From positions 60,001 through 92,000 of the forward strand of contig JAWBCC010000001.1 of the NCBI GenBank assembly GCA_038823825.1: a stretch of 32,000 nucleotides of DNA, read 5' to 3'. Under the pieces are notes generated by a model. That model searched no databases. It saw only the letters and a list, made by a program, of their open reading frames with translations, and had not been told where the DNA came from. Of this stretch, positions 27,410-32,000 are shown piece after piece. Made by a program: the position numbers and the translations under genes. Each line of letters begins with the position of its first letter. Position 1 is the stretch's first letter. Source of the stretch: Candidatus Hadarchaeales archaeon. GTDB taxonomy: Archaea > Hadarchaeota > Hadarchaeia > Hadarchaeales > Hadarchaeaceae.

Positions 27410-29647
27410 TCAACTCTCAGATCGGTTTTTTCTCAAAAATGCTTTTCTCCAATTGTTATATCCAATTAGAAAAGCTGGTAGAACGAAGAATGCTACCAGC
27501 AGCGCGTAAGTCACCACTAGAGCAGTTAGCAATCCAAATCTTGCCATAGCGGGCATTCTAGACAAGGAGAGTATGGCGAAGACTCCAGCCGTTGTTGCAA
27601 ATCCCATAAGAACAGGGGGTAGAATCTTCGGTAAACTTTCGACTAGGGCTTTATCCGGATTTCGGCTTCTTTCTTCCAGATATCTATGTGTTATGTGAAC
27701 AGCATAATCTATTCCGAGACCAATTACAAGAGCAGAAATTCCGATCGTCAAAACGTCTAGAGACCATCCAGCCAGTCTCATCGTTCCGAATTCCCAGGAG
27801 AGAGCCAGGAGCAAGGGTAGCATAGCTCCAATACCAAGCAAAGGAGATCTGAAAAGAACTACAAGTGTAATGAAACAGAGGATGATCGTTAACAGAGTGG
27901 ATCTCATCATACTTCCCCAAAGACTCCCCATTATGTCGCTGAGAATAACTGGGAAACCGGTTACGGCGGGGGCTCCGTTTATTCGCAAATTCAAATTTCC
28001 TTGATAGTTTTCAACATGTTTTCTGACTATCTCGGTTGCTTTTCTCATTTCATCTTCGCTTCTTGTGTTAACGAAAAAGTAGATGAGGGCAACATTGTCT
28101 TCACTGAGTACTGGGATCTTTTTAGTTCGATCGATTGATTTCAGCATTTGTACGATTAGTGCGTCATCATTGGGTAATGTGCCGCCACTCATAATTAGCA
28201 GAAGATTAGCAATGCTCCAGCTGTGAGTTATCAATCCAGTGTTTTTTGGATCAGATAAAACGGCGTTTTCAAAAATAAGCATTTCTTGCAAACTTTCGCT
28301 TGTAGTGGTTTGTCCTCTTGCGATTACCCAGATGGCTGTCTGCCCACCAAAGTTGTTCTCAATCATTTCGAAAGTTCTGACCGACTCGATGTCGGAAGGT
28401 AGGAAAGTTTCAAAAGACATGGAGGTTTTCAGACTTAGTGCCGAAAGAGCAGATGGGATAGAAATCAACATGACGATAATTAGAACCAACTTCCATTTAT
28501 GCGCCGTGGTCAAACAAATCTTTGCGAGTCTCCGACCAAACTTTCTCTTCACCTCAATTTTCTTTTCATGTTTTTTCCCAGCATCGCGGAGAATTACTAC
28601 CGCGGGAACGAATGATAACGCTAATCCAAAAGCACAACCTATTCCCAAAGCAGCAAAATATCCCAGATTTCGGATCGGGACTAACCAGGAAACACCAAAT
28701 GAAGCGAATCCTATAATCGTGGTGACAGCGGCGACCAATATGGCTTTTCCGGTGGTCTTTACGGTTATATTAGAGGCCTCTACGGCATTGCTCTTTTCTC
28801 TCTCCTCATGGTATCTTTTCATGAAATAAATTGCATAATCTACACCCAGACCGAGAAGGAGCGGTATTAAAGCAACATGCAGAGTTGTAAATGATATTCC
28901 TAAAAAACCCATTAGACCAATTGTCCAAAGGCTAGCTATCCCAACAAGGGAGATTGAGATCAAAACGTCAGATAATTTGCGCAAGGCGACGAGGAGCACG
29001 AAAAGTACAAAAATGCCAGCCACCGGTATCAGAATTCTGTTATCTCTATTCATAAGTTTGTTCATGTCAGAATACATGACAATATCTCCGGTCATGCTTA
29101 TTCCAAAGTTTTCTGTTTTCAAGTTTTCCACACATCTCTGGAACAGCTGAATGATTTTTCCTCTTTCTCGCGTGTTTACCGGATAGATGCTCACTGTAAC
29201 CAATGCTGAGCGGTAATCTTCGCTAAGACTTCTGCCAATTATTTCTTTTCTAAGATTATCATTGGAGAGAATGTTATCGATCAAATCTTTCAGAACGGGT
29301 TCTGGAGGAATTGGGCGATCCAGAGATACAATATAGTCTGCAAAGCTCTGTACACGCAAGATTAACATCCCTAAGTTGGGGTCCGAGAGTAAAGAATTCT
29401 CAAGAGTTCTCAGAATTTTTACACCCTCTGGTGTGGCCAAATTTTCTCCACTTACAACGAAAAAAATTGTTGAGCTCTGGGGAAATCTCCCCTTTATTTC
29501 ATCCAAAGCCTTGATGGATGGATAATCCTTCGGAAGAAATTCTTCGAATTCTACAGTGGTTTTAAGTTGTCTGGCTCCGATAACCATCAAAGCTGATACA
29601 AGCGAGACCATCACTAGGATGATGACTGCGCCTCTTTTTGTGATCAT
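27410..29647 (-). CDS. MMPL/RND-superfamily exporter-like membrane protein
   Basis: 745 aa; two halves each with a large loop and a TM bundle; VALIPLLLGLGVDYAIYFMKRYHEE and TIGISALVIGLGIDYAVHITHRYLEE. Confidence 0.9.
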   Translation of the reverse strand: MITKRGAVIILVMVSLVSALMVIGARQLKTTVEFEEFLPKDYPSIKALDEIKGRFPQSSTIFFVVSGENLATPEGVKILRTLENSLLSDPNLGMLILRVQSFADYIVSLDRPIPPEPVLKDLIDNILSNDNLRKEIIGRSLSEDYRSALVTVSIYPVNTRERGKIIQLFQRCVENLKTENFGISMTGDIVMYSDMNKLMNRDNRILIPVAGIFVLFVLLVALRKLSDVLISISLVGIASLWTIGLMGFLGISFTTLHVALIPLLLGLGVDYAIYFMKRYHEEREKSNAVEASNITVKTTGKAILVAAVTTIIGFASFGVSWLVPIRNLGYFAALGIGCAFGLALSFVPAVVILRDAGKKHEKKIEVKRKFGRRLAKICLTTAHKWKLVLIIVMLISIPSALSALSLKTSMSFETFLPSDIESVRTFEMIENNFGGQTAIWVIARGQTTTSESLQEMLIFENAVLSDPKNTGLITHSWSIANLLLIMSGGTLPNDDALIVQMLKSIDRTKKIPVLSEDNVALIYFFVNTRSEDEMRKATEIVRKHVENYQGNLNLRINGAPAVTGFPVILSDIMGSLWGSMMRSTLLTIILCFITLVVLFRSPLLGIGAMLPLLLALSWEFGTMRLAGWSLDVLTIGISALVIGLGIDYAVHITHRYLEERSRNPDKALVESLPKILPPVLMGFATTAGVFAILSLSRMPAMARFGLLTALVVTYALLVAFFVLPAFLIGYNNWRKAFLRKNRSES

Positions 29648-29651
29648 AATT

Positions 29652-29972
29652 TCAGCCTTCTAGCTCCCTCAGCCTTTTCATCCTTTTAAGAAGAACCAGT
29701 CTAGCAGACTTTAGAAAATCGCGAACTTGAAAGTGATAAATATGCGCAGTTTTACCTTTTTCAGTTCTTACAACTTTTTTGCGAATAAAGCCAAACTGAT
29801 GCAGTTTCTTAAGGTTGTGCTTTATTGCTCTTTCAGATCTTTTTGTTTTCCTCACGATTTCTTTTAAAAAGAGACCTTTTCGATGCGAAGATAAAGTAAG
29901 AAGTATTTGTCCTCCGACGGGTGGTATGTTTAACATCCCACTTACTTCCTTAATTATTCTTTGTGTTTGCAT
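29652..29972 (-). CDS. Winged-helix (MarR/TrmB-like) regulator
   Basis: LTLSSHRKGLFLKEIVRKTKRSERAIKHNLKKLHQFGFIRKKVVRTEKGKTAHIYHF; immediately upstream of the RND gene. Confidence 0.7.
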   Translation of the reverse strand: MQTQRIIKEVSGMLNIPPVGGQILLTLSSHRKGLFLKEIVRKTKRSERAIKHNLKKLHQFGFIRKKVVRTEKGKTAHIYHFQVRDFLKSARLVLLKRMKRLRELEG

Positions 29973-30049
29973 CGTAGGTTATATCACTCCAATGGTTTTA
30001 TAAGCTTTACTTTTAAGGGTGAAAAATAGAATGCACAGGAGGAATTGAC

Positions 30050-31543
30050 ATGTCACATGAAGTGATCATCACCTCAGACAGATCTCTCATGTCGGAGTAT
30101 GGATACTCGATCTTTGTAGGATTTGCAGCTTGTGCTCCAAAGCTCATTTCAGACTTTCTCTATAAGTTGTTTCTTAGTCCACCAGTTGGAAATCATAACG
30201 GAATAGCGGAAGCGGCGCCCTGCGGCACTAGAAAGATGGAAGCGGCTCTGCTAGAGGCTGGCATAGATGTTGTTGTGGCTCATCCGGACCATCTGGACAA
30301 TGTGATAGACAAAAACACGAAGGTCGTAGGAATCACCACCAATGATCCACGCGGTTTAGGTCCAGCTTCCACTACTTTCAGCAGTCTTACGAGGAAAAGG
30401 ACGTTTTCTGCGATCTTTTTCGAGAAAACAGTGAAAAAAATCAGAGAAGTGGCAAAACGCAGAGGTAATACTTCGCTCAAGATAATCGCTGGGGGTCCGG
30501 GCGCTTGGCAGTTGGCAGATGAGAAAATTTTAGAAAGTTATGGAATAGATTGTGTGCTTGTCGGAGAAGGAGAAATAACGGGTGTGGAAATTTTCAAGAA
30601 GGCTCTTAAGGGAGAACCTTTGCCGAAAATTGTTTACGGCGAAACAGTCCCTGTAGAGAAAATCCCTTCCATAAAACATAGAACAATAAGCGGTTTGGTT
30701 GAAATTGCAAGAGGCTGTGGTAGAGGCTGCAAATTCTGTGTTCCTAATCTCAGAATTTTCAGGTGTCGACCCATCGAGAAGATAATGGAAGAGGTAGAGG
30801 TGAACCTGCGTGAAGGAGCACACGAGATACTCCTACATGCAGAGGATGTTCTTAGATATGGGGCTCAAGGACCAATACCAGACGAAAGCAAGGTTCTAGA
30901 ACTTTTCGGCAAAGTATTAGAAAAAACTTCAAAGATATCCATATCCCATTTTGCATTTGCTTCGGTTGTCTCCAAGCCAGATTTGATTCCAAAACTCACA
31001 CAACTTCTGGACTCGAAAACGGATGCTAAATTCTATTCGGGACAGGTGGGCATTGAGACGGGATCACCTAGGTTAATGGAGAAGCACATGTTTGGAAAGG
31101 TTCTTCCTTTCAAGCCTGAACAGTGGCCAGAGATCGTCATTGAAGCGCACAAAATTTTGGCCGACCACCGATGGGTACCATGTTCGACCTTGATTTCAGG
31201 TTTACCAGGAGAAACCGCAGAAGACATACGCAAAACGATCGAGCTTGTCCAGAATCTAAGAGAATACCGGTCGCTTATAGTTCCACTTTTTTTCGTACCT
31301 CTAGGTGGACTGGAAGGAGGAAAGTTTTTCTCAAAAGAAGACATGCTACCTGAGCATTGGATGCTGATGGCCGAATGCATAAAACACGATTTCAAGTGGG
31401 TTGATGATCTTGCGAAAGATTATCTTTCAGATCCTTTCCAAAGATTTTTTGTTCGACAGATAGTTTTTAGGATATTCCGCAGGGTCTTAAAAAAGCCGAT
31501 CAAGTTGATGGAGGAAGGGATAGATCCCACCACCGCTGGTTAA
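30050..31543 (+). CDS. B12-binding-domain radical SAM protein
   Basis: EIARGCGRGCKFCVPNLRIFRCRP (CxxxCxxC), N-terminal KIIAGGPGAWQL..GIDCVLVGEGE cobalamin-binding-like region; ATG preceded by aggagg. Confidence 0.88.
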   Translation: MSHEVIITSDRSLMSEYGYSIFVGFAACAPKLISDFLYKLFLSPPVGNHNGIAEAAPCGTRKMEAALLEAGIDVVVAHPDHLDNVIDKNTKVVGITTNDPRGLGPASTTFSSLTRKRTFSAIFFEKTVKKIREVAKRRGNTSLKIIAGGPGAWQLADEKILESYGIDCVLVGEGEITGVEIFKKALKGEPLPKIVYGETVPVEKIPSIKHRTISGLVEIARGCGRGCKFCVPNLRIFRCRPIEKIMEEVEVNLREGAHEILLHAEDVLRYGAQGPIPDESKVLELFGKVLEKTSKISISHFAFASVVSKPDLIPKLTQLLDSKTDAKFYSGQVGIETGSPRLMEKHMFGKVLPFKPEQWPEIVIEAHKILADHRWVPCSTLISGLPGETAEDIRKTIELVQNLREYRSLIVPLFFVPLGGLEGGKFFSKEDMLPEHWMLMAECIKHDFKWVDDLAKDYLSDPFQRFFVRQIVFRIFRRVLKKPIKLMEEGIDPTTAG

Positions 31544-31546
31544 TCG

Positions 31547-32000
31547 CTAACCTAAAACGACTGGTTTCCTTCCTAAAAACTCCGCTGCGGTTAAAACTTT
31601 CACACCTTTTCGTTCTCCGGTTTTCCAAACTTCTGCCGTTTTTTCTTTAAATTTCGGTTCTCTCAGCAAGTGGTGATCGTATATCAAGATTTCAAGATTG
31701 CTTGCCTCTTCCAGTATCCTTTCCGCGTTTTTCACGGCTCTTTTTAGGTTGGATTTTGCCACCAAGTATCCGAGCATGTAGGTGGATGGTCCATCAAGAA
31801 TCAATATATTCGGGTTTTGATCAATTATCCATTCTGCATAATTCTCGATAACGGGCCCATTTAAGTCAGAAGAATGAATTAGTTTTTCTTTACCATGTTT
31901 TACGATCGTAGAGAAAATCCAACCTATCTTAGAGAATTCGACACCATGGAAAAAAGGTTCGGACATTTGCAACTTGGTTCTACCGAATGTAAAAGTTTTC
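31547..32000 (-). CDS. UPF0282-like metallo-beta-lactamase-fold protein, C-terminal part (N-terminus beyond window)
   Basis: Frame is open to the window edge (..KTFTFGRTKLQMSEPFFHGVEFSKIGWIFSTIVKHGKEKLIHSSDLNGPVIENYAEWIIDQNPNILILDGP), so the listed Met at 31972 is probably internal. Confidence 0.65.
   Translation of the reverse strand, partial: KTFTFGRTKLQMSEPFFHGVEFSKIGWIFSTIVKHGKEKLIHSSDLNGPVIENYAEWIIDQNPNILILDGPSTYMLGYLVAKSNLKRAVKNAERILEEASNLEILIYDHHLLREPKFKEKTAEVWKTGERKGVKVLTAAEFLGRKPVVLG

Overview
This 32 kb window is an archaeal chromosomal segment. Support comes from an rpoD-rps11-rps4-rps13 cluster, tRNA-Ser, proteasome beta, archaeal-type GlyRS, family-B DNA polymerase, a fibrillarin/Nop5 pair, MptE and an archaeal HTH repertoire. 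It is mostly housekeeping. I see no CRISPR array, transposase or integrase. Many genes look leaderless, with a TATA-like box about 25-30 nt before the start, and several neighbours are coupled by 4-nt TTGA-type overlaps. The best candidates for a second look are: (1) a tightly coupled minus-strand operon at 9869-14773 encoding a MetE N-domain-like protein, a MetE catalytic-domain protein, a membrane-anchored transglutaminase, a JAMM/MPN metalloprotease and the pterin enzyme MptE, whose apparent start is ATA; (2) an unannotated nested inverted-repeat element at 14934-15083 (11 bp + 11 bp perfect arms) and a second fold at 14819-14889, both upstream of polB; (3) recurring TTACCTTTT-N-GTAA palindromes at 8130-8315 between two winged-helix genes; (4) a proteasome beta subunit whose N-terminus departs from the TTTVG-type catalytic register; (5) a bacterial-type (class I) GAPDH in an archaeal context. 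I cannot claim a proven new system. The operon and the structured intergenic region are the most testable leads. All family calls are from recognised motifs only; no searches were run.
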